This document shows, one piece after another, positions 1-8,377 of a stretch of DNA of 24,000 bases. Within the stretch, counting starts at the first letter, position 1, and each line of letters begins with the position of its first letter. Under the pieces are notes generated by a model. The model was not told the DNA's origin. It worked only from the letters and a program-made list of their open reading frames with translations, and ran no database searches. The DNA is from Ilumatobacter sp. (GTDB taxonomy: Bacteria; Actinomycetota; Acidimicrobiia; Acidimicrobiales; Ilumatobacteraceae), in the NCBI GenBank assembly GCA_036526035.1, contig DATCZG010000017.1, forward strand, positions 42,773 through 66,772, read 5' to 3'. The position numbers were made by a program, and so were the translations under genes.

Positions 1-796
1 GATCGGTGTCGCGTTGGTGTTGCTGCTGGTCGGCATCGCGATCGTCGGGCCCTGGGTGGCGCCCTACGGCGCCTCCGAGTTCGTCGGCACCGCCAACCTG
101 CGCGACGTGCCCGGTACCTGGCTCGGCACCGACTACTTCGGCCAGGACGTGTGGTCGCGCTTCTTGCACGGTGGCCGCTCGATCCTGTTCCTGGCGTCGG
201 TGTCGACCGGCATCGGGTTCCTGCTCGGCAGCGCGATCGGGCTGATCGCGGCCTACAACCGGGGCCGCATCGACGACGTGCTGATGCGCATCATGGACGT
301 CATCCTCGCCTTCCCCCAGCTGCTGCTGGCGCTGGTGGCGCTCACCACCGTCGGCCCGAAGCCGTGGCTGATCATCACGATCGTCGGCATCACCACGGTG
401 CCCCGCATCGCCCGCATCACGCGCGGTGCCGCCGTGCCGGTGGTCGAACGCGACTTCGTCGCCGCCGCCGAGGCGCTGGGCGAGACGAGGTTCCGCATCA
501 TCACCCGCGAGCTGCTGCCGAACGTGATCGGGCCGCTGCTGGTCGAGGCCAACCTGCGGCTGACCTATTCGATCGGCATCATCGCCGGCCTCGGGTTCCT
601 CGGCTTCGCCACCCAACGCAACGCCGCCGACTGGGGTCTGATGGTGCAGGAGAACCGTGTCGCGCTGTCGGTCCAACCGTGGGGCACGGTGCTGCCGGCG
701 ATCGCGATCGCGCTGTTGACGATCGGGACCGGCCTGATCAGCGACGGCCTGGCGCGCACGGTCGCCGGGATCGACCGCGGGAGGGCCGAGACGTGA
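1..796 (+). CDS. ABC transporter permease, peptide/nickel (DppC/OppC-like) family; 5' end cut by window edge
   Basis: The frame-2 ORF is open to the window start (IGVALVLLLVGIAIVGPWVAPYG...). It has multiple hydrophobic TM segments and a BPD-transporter-like core (DVILAFPQLLLALVALT, ARITRGAAVPVVERDFVAAAEALG). The stop TGA at 794-796 overlaps the GTG start of the next ABC ATPase. Confidence 0.85.
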   Translation, partial: IGVALVLLLVGIAIVGPWVAPYGASEFVGTANLRDVPGTWLGTDYFGQDVWSRFLHGGRSILFLASVSTGIGFLLGSAIGLIAAYNRGRIDDVLMRIMDVILAFPQLLLALVALTTVGPKPWLIITIVGITTVPRIARITRGAAVPVVERDFVAAAEALGETRFRIITRELLPNVIGPLLVEANLRLTYSIGIIAGLGFLGFATQRNAADWGLMVQENRVALSVQPWGTVLPAIAIALLTIGTGLISDGLARTVAGIDRGRAET

Positions 797-2613
797 GCGA
801 TCTCCCCGGCGAGGCCTCCGGCGCCGCGGCGGTCACGATCCGCGACCTGCGCCTCGACGTCGCCGCGACCGGACACGACATCGTCGACGAGATCACGCTG
901 GCGATCCCGAAGGGTCAGGTGTTCGGGCTCGTGGGCGAATCGGGCTCGGGCAAGACCACCGTCGGGCTGGCGGTGCTCGGCCACGCCCGCAAGGGCGTCG
1001 CGATCAGCGCCGGGTCGATCACGATCGAGGGGTCGAGCATCCTCGAACAGAGTCGCGGGCAACTGCGCAACGCCCGCGGTCGGCTGGTCAGCTACGTGCC
1101 CCAGGATCCGGGCACCGCCCTCAACCCGGCGCTGCGGATCGGCGGCCAGGTGCTCGAGGTCCTCGAGACCCACGGGTTCGGGGCCTCCGACGACGAACGG
1201 CGGGCCCGGCTGCTCGAGGTGTTCGAGGAGGTCAAGCTCCCGGCGACGCCCGAGTTCCTGCGCCGGTATCCGCATCAGCTGTCGGGTGGCCAGCAGCAGC
1301 GCGTCGGTCTGGCGATGGCGTTCGCAGCTCGGCCGAGCGTGATCGTGCTCGACGAGCCGACCACCGGCCTCGATGTCACCACGCAGGCCCACGTGCTCGA
1401 GACGATCCGCAACCTCGCCGATCAGCACGGCGTCGCCGCGCTCTACGTCACCCACGACCTGGCGGTCGTCGCCACCCTCGCCGACCAGGTCGCCGTGATG
1501 TACGCCGGCCGGATCGTCGAGCTGGCGCCGACCGCCGACATCTTCGCCGACCCGGCCCATCCGTACACGCGCTACCTCGTGGCGGCGGCGCCCGAGATGG
1601 GCAGCGATCGCCAGCTCGTCGGGTTGGGCGGTCGCGCCCCGGCGCCCGGGCTGCGGCCGGTCGGCTGCACGTTCGCGCTGCGTTGCGAGCTGGCGACCGA
1701 CGAGTGCCGGTCCGAGTTCCCGCCGGTCACCCAGGTCGGCTCGGCTGGTTCCCACGAGGTGCGCTGCTTCCGGGCCTTCGGCGTCCCTGAGCGCACCGTG
1801 CGCCGGTCGTCGTCGGGCGTGCTGGGTGCCGACGAGCAGCCCGCCGCGCTCAGCATCCGCGGCGTCGACGCCGCGTACACCGGGCACGGGGTGGTGCACG
1901 ACGTGTCGTTCGACATCGGGCGTGGTGAGTGCGTCGCGTTGGTCGGCGAGTCGGGATCCGGCAAGAGCACCTTGTCCAGGGCGATCGGTGGCCTGCACCG
2001 CGAGTGGACCGGCGAGATCACCCTCGAGGGCGAGCCGTTGGCGCGCTCGGCCCGCGACCGCCCGGTGCAGCAGCGCCTGGCGATCCAGTACGTGTTCCAG
2101 AACCCCTACAGCTCGCTGCATCCGCGCCGGCCGATCGCCGAGTCGATCGGTCGCCCGTTGGCGATCGCCGGTGCCGACCGGCGCGAGATCGGCGGCGCGG
2201 TCGGGCGCATGCTCGAACGGGTGTCGCTCAGCAGCTCCTACGGCAGCAAGTACCCCGATCAGTTGTCGGGCGGCGAGCGCCAGCGCGTCGCGATCGCGCG
2301 GGCCCTCATCAGCCGCCCACAGGTGCTGATCTGCGACGAGGTCACCTCCGCGCTCGACGTGCTCGTACAGGCCTCGACGATCGAGCTGCTCGTCGACCTG
2401 CAGAAGGACTTCGGCCTGGCGATGCTGTTCGTCACGCACAACCTGCCGCTCGTCAGGTCGATCGCCCAGCGGGTCGCGGTGATGTCGCAGGGCGTGATCG
2501 TCGAGCTCGGCACCGCCGCCGACACGCTCACCCACCCCCAGCAGGACTACACCAAGCGGCTGCTCACCGACACCCCGCGCATCCCCGACTTCGGGTCGGC
2601 GCCGTCTGCTTGA
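793..2613 (+). CDS. ABC transporter ATP-binding protein with two fused ATPase domains (DppD/DppF-like fusion), about 606 aa
   Basis: Two Walker A motifs (GESGSGKTT, GESGSGKST), two ABC signatures (LSGGQQQRV, LSGGERQRV) and two Walker B motifs (VIVLDEPTTGLD, VLICDEVTSALD). The GTG at 793 sits in a GTGA overlap with the permease stop. The ORF-track start at 151 is rejected because it overlaps the permease in another frame with a low-complexity translation. Confidence 0.9.
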   Translation: MSDLPGEASGAAAVTIRDLRLDVAATGHDIVDEITLAIPKGQVFGLVGESGSGKTTVGLAVLGHARKGVAISAGSITIEGSSILEQSRGQLRNARGRLVSYVPQDPGTALNPALRIGGQVLEVLETHGFGASDDERRARLLEVFEEVKLPATPEFLRRYPHQLSGGQQQRVGLAMAFAARPSVIVLDEPTTGLDVTTQAHVLETIRNLADQHGVAALYVTHDLAVVATLADQVAVMYAGRIVELAPTADIFADPAHPYTRYLVAAAPEMGSDRQLVGLGGRAPAPGLRPVGCTFALRCELATDECRSEFPPVTQVGSAGSHEVRCFRAFGVPERTVRRSSSGVLGADEQPAALSIRGVDAAYTGHGVVHDVSFDIGRGECVALVGESGSGKSTLSRAIGGLHREWTGEITLEGEPLARSARDRPVQQRLAIQYVFQNPYSSLHPRRPIAESIGRPLAIAGADRREIGGAVGRMLERVSLSSSYGSKYPDQLSGGERQRVAIARALISRPQVLICDEVTSALDVLVQASTIELLVDLQKDFGLAMLFVTHNLPLVRSIAQRVAVMSQGVIVELGTAADTLTHPQQDYTKRLLTDTPRIPDFGSAPSA

Positions 2614-2647
2614 CGTGCCCTGCCCCTGGTCGCCCTAGGGTGCGGCC

Positions 2648-3859
2648 GTGAACGCTCCTCGCATCACGGCCGCGCGCGAGCGTGCCTGGCTCGTGATCGG
2701 GTTGGTGATGGCGTCGGCGTGCGTCGCCCAGGCCTTCGGCCGGTTCACCTGGGGGGTGGTGCTGCCGGGCGCCCGCGACGACCTGCTCGGCGGGTCGAAC
2801 ACGATCGCCGGCCTGTTCGGCACGCTCAACGTCACGGCCTACCTGGTGGGCACGCTGGCGGTGTCGTGGGCGGCGTCGAAGGTCACGCTGGTCGGGCTCG
2901 TGCGGCTCGGTCTCGTCGTCTCGACCAGTTCGCTCGGCCTGGCGTCGATCGCCCCGAACGGGCCGGTGCTCGGCGTCGCGCTGTTCATGATGGGCCTCGG
3001 CGGGGCGGTGATCTGGATCCCGGCGCCGGCGATCGCGGCGCGGGTGCTGCCGCCCCGGCGGGCCGGCATGGCGGTCGGGATGGTGGGGTCGGGGATCGGG
3101 ATCGGGATCGTGTTCGCCGGCCAGATGGCCGCGTTCCTCGACCGGCGCAGCGACGCCGACGATCTCTGGCAGACCCTGTACCGGATCGAGTTCTCGATCG
3201 CGGTCGTCGTGTCCGCCGGGGCGTTCGTGCTGCTCAGGTCGCGTGGTGACCGGCCGTCGCTGCGTGGCGGCTTCGGGGGGTTCACGGCGTTGCGCACGGT
3301 GCGGGGATGGATCCCGGCGACCGCCGCGTACGCGTCGTTCGGGTTCGCCTACATCTTGGTGCTGGGGTTCCTGGTCGCCCGCCTCGAGGACGACTCGGGG
3401 TTCTCGTCGGCGCAGGCGACCGCGATGTTCTCGGTGCTCGGCGCCTCGACCGCGGTGGGCGGGCTGCTGCTCGGGCCGTTGTCGGATCGGATCGGCCGCC
3501 GCGTCACGCTCACGTCGGCCTTCACGATCTTCGCCCTCGCGTCGCTGCTCGTGTTGACCGGCCGCCAACCCTGGGTGACGGTGGCCGCGGTCGGGATCGG
3601 GGTGATGTTCTCCGGCATGCCGGCACTGATCATCGCCCACGTCGTCGACAACACCGACACCGACACCTACGGCCCGGCGTTCAGCGCGGCCACGCTGGCG
3701 TTCGGGGTGACCCAGATGGTGTCACCCCAGATCGGCGGGGCGCTCGCCGACGCGCTCGGCTCGTTCACCTGGGTGTTCGTGTTGTCGGCGTCGGTGTCGA
3801 TGCTCGGAGCGTTGTGCTCGAGCCGGCTCCCGCACCCCCCGTCTGACACCGCCGCCTGA
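2648..3859 (+). CDS. MFS-type transporter (YbfB/YjiJ-like), 403 aa
   Basis: GTG start. About 12 hydrophobic helices, rich in Gly/Ala/Leu/Val, with short charged loops (e.g. GPLSDRIGRR between helices, typical of MFS loop 8-9). Codon third positions are strongly G/C, as in neighbouring genes. Confidence 0.75.
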   Translation: MNAPRITAARERAWLVIGLVMASACVAQAFGRFTWGVVLPGARDDLLGGSNTIAGLFGTLNVTAYLVGTLAVSWAASKVTLVGLVRLGLVVSTSSLGLASIAPNGPVLGVALFMMGLGGAVIWIPAPAIAARVLPPRRAGMAVGMVGSGIGIGIVFAGQMAAFLDRRSDADDLWQTLYRIEFSIAVVVSAGAFVLLRSRGDRPSLRGGFGGFTALRTVRGWIPATAAYASFGFAYILVLGFLVARLEDDSGFSSAQATAMFSVLGASTAVGGLLLGPLSDRIGRRVTLTSAFTIFALASLLVLTGRQPWVTVAAVGIGVMFSGMPALIIAHVVDNTDTDTYGPAFSAATLAFGVTQMVSPQIGGALADALGSFTWVFVLSASVSMLGALCSSRLPHPPSDTAA

Positions 3860-3882
3860 CACCGCCGCTCGACACCGCCGGC
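3844..3882. repeat. Three tandem copies of a 13-nt unit spanning the MFS stop codon
   Basis: TGACACCGCCGCC (3844-3856), TGACACCGCCGCT (3857-3869), CGACACCGCCGGC (3870-3882). The functional stop TGA at 3857-3859 is the first triplet of copy 2. Confidence 0.7.
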
Positions 3883-3906
3883 GACCTGGTCCGCCGACCT
3901 GCCGGT

Positions 3907-4398
3907 TCAGCCCGGCATCGTCTCGGGCGGGCCGACGTGTTCGAGCCGGGCGGTGAACCCGATGTACTGCCACATCATGTGCCCGCCCTCCCGCCAGCGC
4001 TTGACCTCGATCGGCATCCCCACCGGACGCAGCACGTGCACCCCGTGCTCGTAGGCGGCGACGACCGTGATCGGCGTGGCCTTGTCGAACTCGGCGACGT
4101 CGTGCACGCCGTGGCCGACGGTGCCGTCGCAGCGCATGTCGTGGATCACGCCGCCGGCGGTGACGACCATCCGGTCGCCGGCCTGCTCGACGCGTTGCAC
4201 GGCGCCGAGCAGCCGGTGTCCGGGCTGGGGCACCCCGTCGACGAGCACCTCGACGACGCGCCACCAGCCGCGCAGATCCGGTGCCCCGGCGACCGGCGGT
4301 TCGCCGCAGCCGGCGAGGATCGGCTCGGGCACCCGGTCGCCGTAGCCGCCGGCGGGCGTGTGGGCGACGGGGACCGTGTCGACGCTGCGGCCCGTCAC
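3907..4398 (-). CDS. Hypothetical protein, 163 aa, function unknown, translationally coupled to TetR
   Basis: The GTG at 4398-4396 overlaps the TetR stop (GTGA on the minus strand). The C-terminal 163 aa of the 383-aa track ORF have normal composition (…LRGWWRVVEVLVDGVPQPGHRLLGAVQRVEQAGDRMVVTAGG…HMMWQYIGFTARLEHVG). The upstream part of that ORF is Arg/Pro-rich and overlaps TetR out of frame. I do not recognise the family. Confidence 0.6.
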   Translation of the reverse strand: MTGRSVDTVPVAHTPAGGYGDRVPEPILAGCGEPPVAGAPDLRGWWRVVEVLVDGVPQPGHRLLGAVQRVEQAGDRMVVTAGGVIHDMRCDGTVGHGVHDVAEFDKATPITVVAAYEHGVHVLRPVGMPIEVKRWREGGHMMWQYIGFTARLEHVGPPETMPG

Positions 4399-5024
4399 GA
4401 CCCACCCGCCCCGGTGAGGGGGTGCGGTGTCAGCAGGTGCGACAGCGCGCGCTCCCAGGCCCGCCGCACCTGAGGTGGTGTGCGCCCGAGTTGGCGGCTG
4501 ACGAGATCCCACGACTCGAACGAGGTCAGGGCGCAGGCGGCGATCGTGATGTCGTCGGCGGCTGCCGGTGCCAACCGGGCGAGTTCCGGGTCGAAGTGGT
4601 GTCGCACCTGGTCGGCGAGGGTGGCGTTGATCAAATGCACCAACTGGTTCGCCTCCTCGACGTCGTGGGCGCGCAGGCGCACCAGCCGGCACATCGGTTC
4701 GGTGGTCTCGTAGAGCGTCGCCCGCGACTCGACGAAGTGGGCGATCCGCTCGTCGAGCGGGCCCTCGCCGACGCCGGGGATGTCGAACAGGTGGGCGTAG
4801 CGGTCGAAGTAGGTGTCGATCGTCTGACGCCGCAGGTCGTCGAGGGTCTCGAAGTAGCGGAACAGCGACGCCACCGACACCCCGGCGCGCGCCGCGACCT
4901 GGTCGGCGGTGGGGGGCAGGTTGCCTTCGAACACGAGGTCGATCATCGCCTCGCTGACGGCGGCGAGGCTGCGCTGCCGCCGCGCCCGGCGTCCGTCGAC
5001 ATTCGGTTCGTGCTCGACTGGCAT
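4395..5024 (-). CDS. TetR/AcrR family transcriptional regulator, 209 aa
   Basis: N-terminal TetR HTH (SLAAVSEAMIDLVFEGNLPPTADQVAARAGVSVASLFRYFETLDDL). ATG at 5024-5022 is preceded by GGGAGGAG 6 nt upstream. It is divergent from the sulfatase operon. Confidence 0.9.
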   Translation of the reverse strand: MPVEHEPNVDGRRARRQRSLAAVSEAMIDLVFEGNLPPTADQVAARAGVSVASLFRYFETLDDLRRQTIDTYFDRYAHLFDIPGVGEGPLDERIAHFVESRATLYETTEPMCRLVRLRAHDVEEANQLVHLINATLADQVRHHFDPELARLAPAAADDITIAACALTSFESWDLVSRQLGRTPPQVRRAWERALSHLLTPHPLTGAGGS

Positions 5025-5072
5025 GCGGTCTCCTCCCGGCGGACCAGTCGGGCGGCATCCCCGCTCGGTCCG

Positions 5073-5108
5073 ACTATTGATAGTAACACTCGCACCAGTT
5101 AGTGTCAC
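5073..5108. promoter_or_regulatory. Overlapping divergent promoters plus inverted repeats (candidate TetR operator)
   Basis: This is the most AT-rich spot of the window. Plus strand: TTGATA (5078-5083), 17 nt, TAGTGT (5101-5106). Minus strand: GTGACA (5108-5103), 17 nt, TACTAT (5085-5080). Inverted repeats: ACTAT-tg-ATAGT (5073-5084) and GTAACACT-N10-AGTGTCAC (5083-5108, 7/8 match). Confidence 0.55.
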
Positions 5109-5138
5109 GGTGCACATCCCGCCCGGCGGTCGCACCGG

Positions 5139-5218
5139 AACGACCGAGCGGGCGCGACCGACCAGACGCGACCGGCCGGCACGACCGACCAGACACGACC
5201 GACCAGACACGACCAAGG
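5139..5218. repeat. Tandem array of a 14-nt unit ACGACCGACCAGAC in the sulfatase 5' leader
   Basis: GCGACCGACCAGAC (5154-5167), degenerate GCGACCGGCCGGC (5168-5180), ACGACCGACCAGAC (5181-5194), ACGACCGACCAGAC (5195-5208) and partial ACGACC (5209-5214). There is a related ACGACCGAGCGG at about 5140. The array ends at the SD AAGGGGG just before ATG 5226. Confidence 0.8.
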
Positions 5219-5225
5219 GGGCACG

Positions 5226-7502
5226 ATGACGCGAGCCAGTCGATTCCACGGCACGATCGGCCGCACGCTCGCCGATTCGCAGGCCTGGTTCGACGAGCCA
5301 CCGCACCCCGGGCCCGACGCACCCAACGTGGTGATCGTGCTGCTCGACGACACCGGGTTCGCCCAGTTCGGCTGCTACGGCTCCGACATCGACACCCCCC
5401 ACGTCGATGCGCTCGCGGCGGGCGGCGTGCAGTTCACCAACTTCCACGTCACGCCGCTGTGCTCGCCCACCCGCGCCTCGCTGCTGACCGGCCGCAGCCA
5501 GCACGCGGTGGGGATGCGCGCCGTGTCGAACTTCCGCACCGGGTTCCCCAACCAACTCGGCCACATCAGCAACCATGCGGCCACCGTCGCCGAGGTGCTA
5601 CGCGACGCCGGCTACGCCACGTTCTGCACCGGCAAGTGGCACCTCGCCCCGATGGAGCAGTGTTCGGCGGCCGGTCCGTTCGACCAGTGGCCGCTGGCGC
5701 GCGGGTTCGACCGCTTCTACGGGTTCCTCGAGGGCGAGACCGATCAGTTCCACCCCGAGCTCACCTGCGACAACCACCCGATCGACCCGCCCGCCAAGCC
5801 GGAGGACGGCTACCACCTGTCGGAGGACCTCGTCGACCAGCTGCTCAAGATGGTCTCGGACTCCAAGGGCGTGCGGCCCGACCGTCCGTTCTTCGCCTAC
5901 CTGCCCTTCGGCGCCACCCACGCCCCGCACCAGGCGCCCCAGCGCTACCTCGACAAGTACCGCGGCCGCTACGACGAGGGGTGGGACGTCGTGCGTGAGC
6001 GCTGGTACCGGCGGCAGCTCGAGCTGGGCGTGATCCCCGAGGGCACCCGGCTCGCCCCCCGCAACCCCGGTGTCGACGCCTGGGACACCCTGCCCGAGAA
6101 CCAGCGGCGGCTGGCGTGCCGCCTGCAGGAGGCGTTCGCCGCGTTCCTCGACCACACCGACGACCAGATCGGCCGGTTGGTCGCCGGCCTGCGCGAGATG
6201 GGCGAGTTCGACAACACGGTGTTCGTCGTGCTCGCCGACAACGGCGCCTCGCAGGAGGGCGGCCCGTTCGGTGTGATGCACGAGATGAAGTTCTTCAACG
6301 GCATCTTCGAGACCCCCGACGAGGCGATCGGCAAGATCGACCACATCGGCGGGCCGCACAGCCACACCAACTACCCGTGGGGCTGGGCGCAGTGCGGCAA
6401 CTCGCCGTTCAAGTGGTACAAGCAGAACACCCACGAGGGCGGGGTGCACGTCCCCCTCATCGTGCACGCCCCCGGCCTCGTCGCCGCCGACCAGGCCGGC
6501 ACCACGCGCCGCCAGTTCGTCAACGTGTCCGACATCGTGCCGACGATCTACGAACTCGTCGGCATCACGCCACCCGAGACCCACCGCGGCATCCCCCAGC
6601 TGCCGGTCACCGGCCACTCGTTCGCCGCGATCCTCGCCGACCCGGCGGCGCCGGCCGCCAACACGCTGCAGTACTTCGAGATGAGCGGCAGCCGGGCGCT
6701 CGTCGCCGGCGACCGGCAGTCGCTGTGGAAGGCGGTCTGCAAGCACACCCAGGGCGCCGACTACGACACCGAGCAGTGGGAGCTGTACCACCTCACCGAG
6801 GACTGGTCGGAGTGCAACGACCTCGCCGCGGCCGAGCCCGAACGGCTCGCCGAGCTGATCGCCCGGTGGTGGAGCGAGGCCGAGCGCCACGGCGTGCTGC
6901 CCCTCGACGACCGGATGGCCGAACTGTTCGCCAGCCGGTTCCGGCCCAATTCGCCGCACCCTGCCGACCGGCGCTACGTGTACCGGCCGCCGATGTCGCC
7001 GATGCCGGGCCAGGCCGCCGCCGCGATCGGTGGGCGCAGCTTCGACCTCACCGCCACCGTCACCCGCGCCGCCGGCGAAGAGGGCGTGCTGTACGCCACC
7101 GGTACCCAGAACGCCGGATTGTCGGTGTTCGTGCAGCACGACCGGCTGGTCGTCGACTACAACGCGTTCGACGACCACACCGTCGTCGAATCGACGCTCG
7201 AGGTGCCGACCGGGCGATCGACGCTGGTCGTCAAGGTCCGGCGCGGCGACGGCCGGTCGGGCGCGATCGAGCTCGAGGTCGACGGGCGGCCCGCCGGCGG
7301 CGCCGGGTTGCCGCTGTTCATGCGGATGATGTCGTCGGTCGGCCCGAGCGTCGGGTACGACCACGGTTCGCCGGTGTCGAACCGGTACGCGGCGCCGTTC
7401 CCGTTCGCCGGCAAGCTCCACGAGGTCGTGATCCAGCTGATCTCCAAGCAGGAACTCGACGCGCTCGCCGCCGTCGCGGCGTCCGAGATGAGCCGGCAAT
7501 GA
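5226..7502 (+). CDS. Arylsulfatase, type I (formylglycine-dependent, Cys-type), 758 aa
   Basis: N-terminal metal site [11 protein letters not shown]. Formylglycine motif [13 protein letters not shown] (Cys79 codon at 5460-5462). GKWHL motif (CTGKWHLAP). LADNGAS and a later sulfatase core. The SD AAGGGGG sits 4 nt upstream of the ATG. Confidence 0.92.
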   Translation: MTRASRFHGTIGRTLADSQAWFDEPPHPGPDAPNVVIVLLDDTGFAQFGCYGSDIDTPHVDALAAGGVQFTNFHVTPLCSPTRASLLTGRSQHAVGMRAVSNFRTGFPNQLGHISNHAATVAEVLRDAGYATFCTGKWHLAPMEQCSAAGPFDQWPLARGFDRFYGFLEGETDQFHPELTCDNHPIDPPAKPEDGYHLSEDLVDQLLKMVSDSKGVRPDRPFFAYLPFGATHAPHQAPQRYLDKYRGRYDEGWDVVRERWYRRQLELGVIPEGTRLAPRNPGVDAWDTLPENQRRLACRLQEAFAAFLDHTDDQIGRLVAGLREMGEFDNTVFVVLADNGASQEGGPFGVMHEMKFFNGIFETPDEAIGKIDHIGGPHSHTNYPWGWAQCGNSPFKWYKQNTHEGGVHVPLIVHAPGLVAADQAGTTRRQFVNVSDIVPTIYELVGITPPETHRGIPQLPVTGHSFAAILADPAAPAANTLQYFEMSGSRALVAGDRQSLWKAVCKHTQGADYDTEQWELYHLTEDWSECNDLAAAEPERLAELIARWWSEAERHGVLPLDDRMAELFASRFRPNSPHPADRRYVYRPPMSPMPGQAAAAIGGRSFDLTATVTRAAGEEGVLYATGTQNAGLSVFVQHDRLVVDYNAFDDHTVVESTLEVPTGRSTLVVKVRRGDGRSGAIELEVDGRPAGGAGLPLFMRMMSSVGPSVGYDHGSPVSNRYAAPFPFAGKLHEVVIQLISKQELDALAAVAASEMSRQ

Positions 7503-8374
7503 GCCTGACGATCACCCTCCTCGGAACCGGCAGCCCGATGCCGAGCCCCGACCGGGCCGGCCCGGCCACGCTGATCTCGGCCGGCTCGGGCTTCGACGCC
7601 GAGCACTACCTCGTCGACGCCGGCCGCGGGGTGCTGATGCGCCTGGCGGCGGTGGGCGTCGGGGCGCCCGGCCTGGCGGCGGTGTTGATCACCCACCTCC
7701 ACAGCGACCACATCACCGATCTCAACGACGTCATCACCACCCGCTGGGTGATGACCCTGCCACCGGCGCCGATCAAGCCGCTGCGGATCATCGGCCCGGT
7801 CGGCACGCGCGCCGTGGTCGAGCACATCCTGGCATCGCTCGGCCCCGACATCGCCTACCGCATCGCCCACCACGACGACCTCGAACAGCCCCCGCTGGTC
7901 GAGGTGACCGAGGTCGCCGAGGGCGCCGTCGATCTGCCGGGCTCGGTGGCGGTCCGTTGCGCCCCGACCGACCACAAGCCGGTCGAGCCGAGCGTGGGCT
8001 ACCGCTTCGACGTCGCCGGCGCCGCCGTGGTCGTCGCCGGCGACACCGTGCCCTGCGACGGCCTCGACGGCCTGTGTGCCGGCGCCGACGCCCTCGTGCA
8101 CACCGTCATCCGCAAGGACATCATCGCCAACGTGCCGGTCCAGCGGATGCTCGACACGCTCGACTACCACTCGTCGCCCGAGGAGGCGGCGCGCACCGCG
8201 GCCCGCGCCGGCGTGGGCACCTTGGTGCTGACCCACTACGTGCCGCCGATCCCCACCGGTACCCCCGGCGACGACTGGCGTGCACTGGCCGCCGCCCACT
8301 TCGACGGCGCGATCGAGATCGGCGACGACCTGCATCGGGTCGAGATCGCCACCAACCCGGCCCAGGAGGCCTGA
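7499..8374 (+). CDS. MBL-fold metallo-hydrolase, RNase Z/ElaC-like, 291 aa
   Basis: ATG at 7499 is in an ATGA overlap with the sulfatase stop. N-terminus [21 protein letters not shown]. HxHxDH metal motif ([11 protein letters not shown]). C-terminal LVLTHY. Confidence 0.85.
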   Translation: MSLTITLLGTGSPMPSPDRAGPATLISAGSGFDAEHYLVDAGRGVLMRLAAVGVGAPGLAAVLITHLHSDHITDLNDVITTRWVMTLPPAPIKPLRIIGPVGTRAVVEHILASLGPDIAYRIAHHDDLEQPPLVEVTEVAEGAVDLPGSVAVRCAPTDHKPVEPSVGYRFDVAGAAVVVAGDTVPCDGLDGLCAGADALVHTVIRKDIIANVPVQRMLDTLDYHSSPEEAARTAARAGVGTLVLTHYVPPIPTGTPGDDWRALAAAHFDGAIEIGDDLHRVEIATNPAQEA

Positions 8375-8377
8375 ACC

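Noticed and set aside
151-792. N-terminal extension of the ABC ATPase ORF (track start at 151, 820 aa).
   Set aside because: It overlaps the permease gene in a different frame and has a Pro/Arg/His-rich translation. The GTG at 793, overlapping the permease stop, gives a normal ATPase N-terminus.
565-2535. 656-aa minus-strand ORF antisense to the ABC ATPase. Similar very long antisense or alternative-frame ORFs occur at 2564-3640, 5598-7499, 7157-8383, 9479-12436 and 15047-17416.
   Set aside because: The translations are Arg/Gly/Asp/Pro/Ala-rich low complexity with no recognisable motifs. Each lies opposite a gene with strong family signatures. Long shadow ORFs are expected in DNA this GC-rich because stop codons are rare.
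4399-5058. Upstream 220 aa of the 383-aa minus ORF 3907-5058.
   Set aside because: It overlaps the well-supported TetR gene in another frame with an Arg/Pro-rich translation. The credible gene starts at GTG 4398.
5139-5218. Tandem repeats considered as a CRISPR array or mini-satellite of a mobile element.
   Set aside because: The units are 14 nt and directly abutting, with no spacers. There are no cas genes, transposase or terminal inverted repeats nearby.
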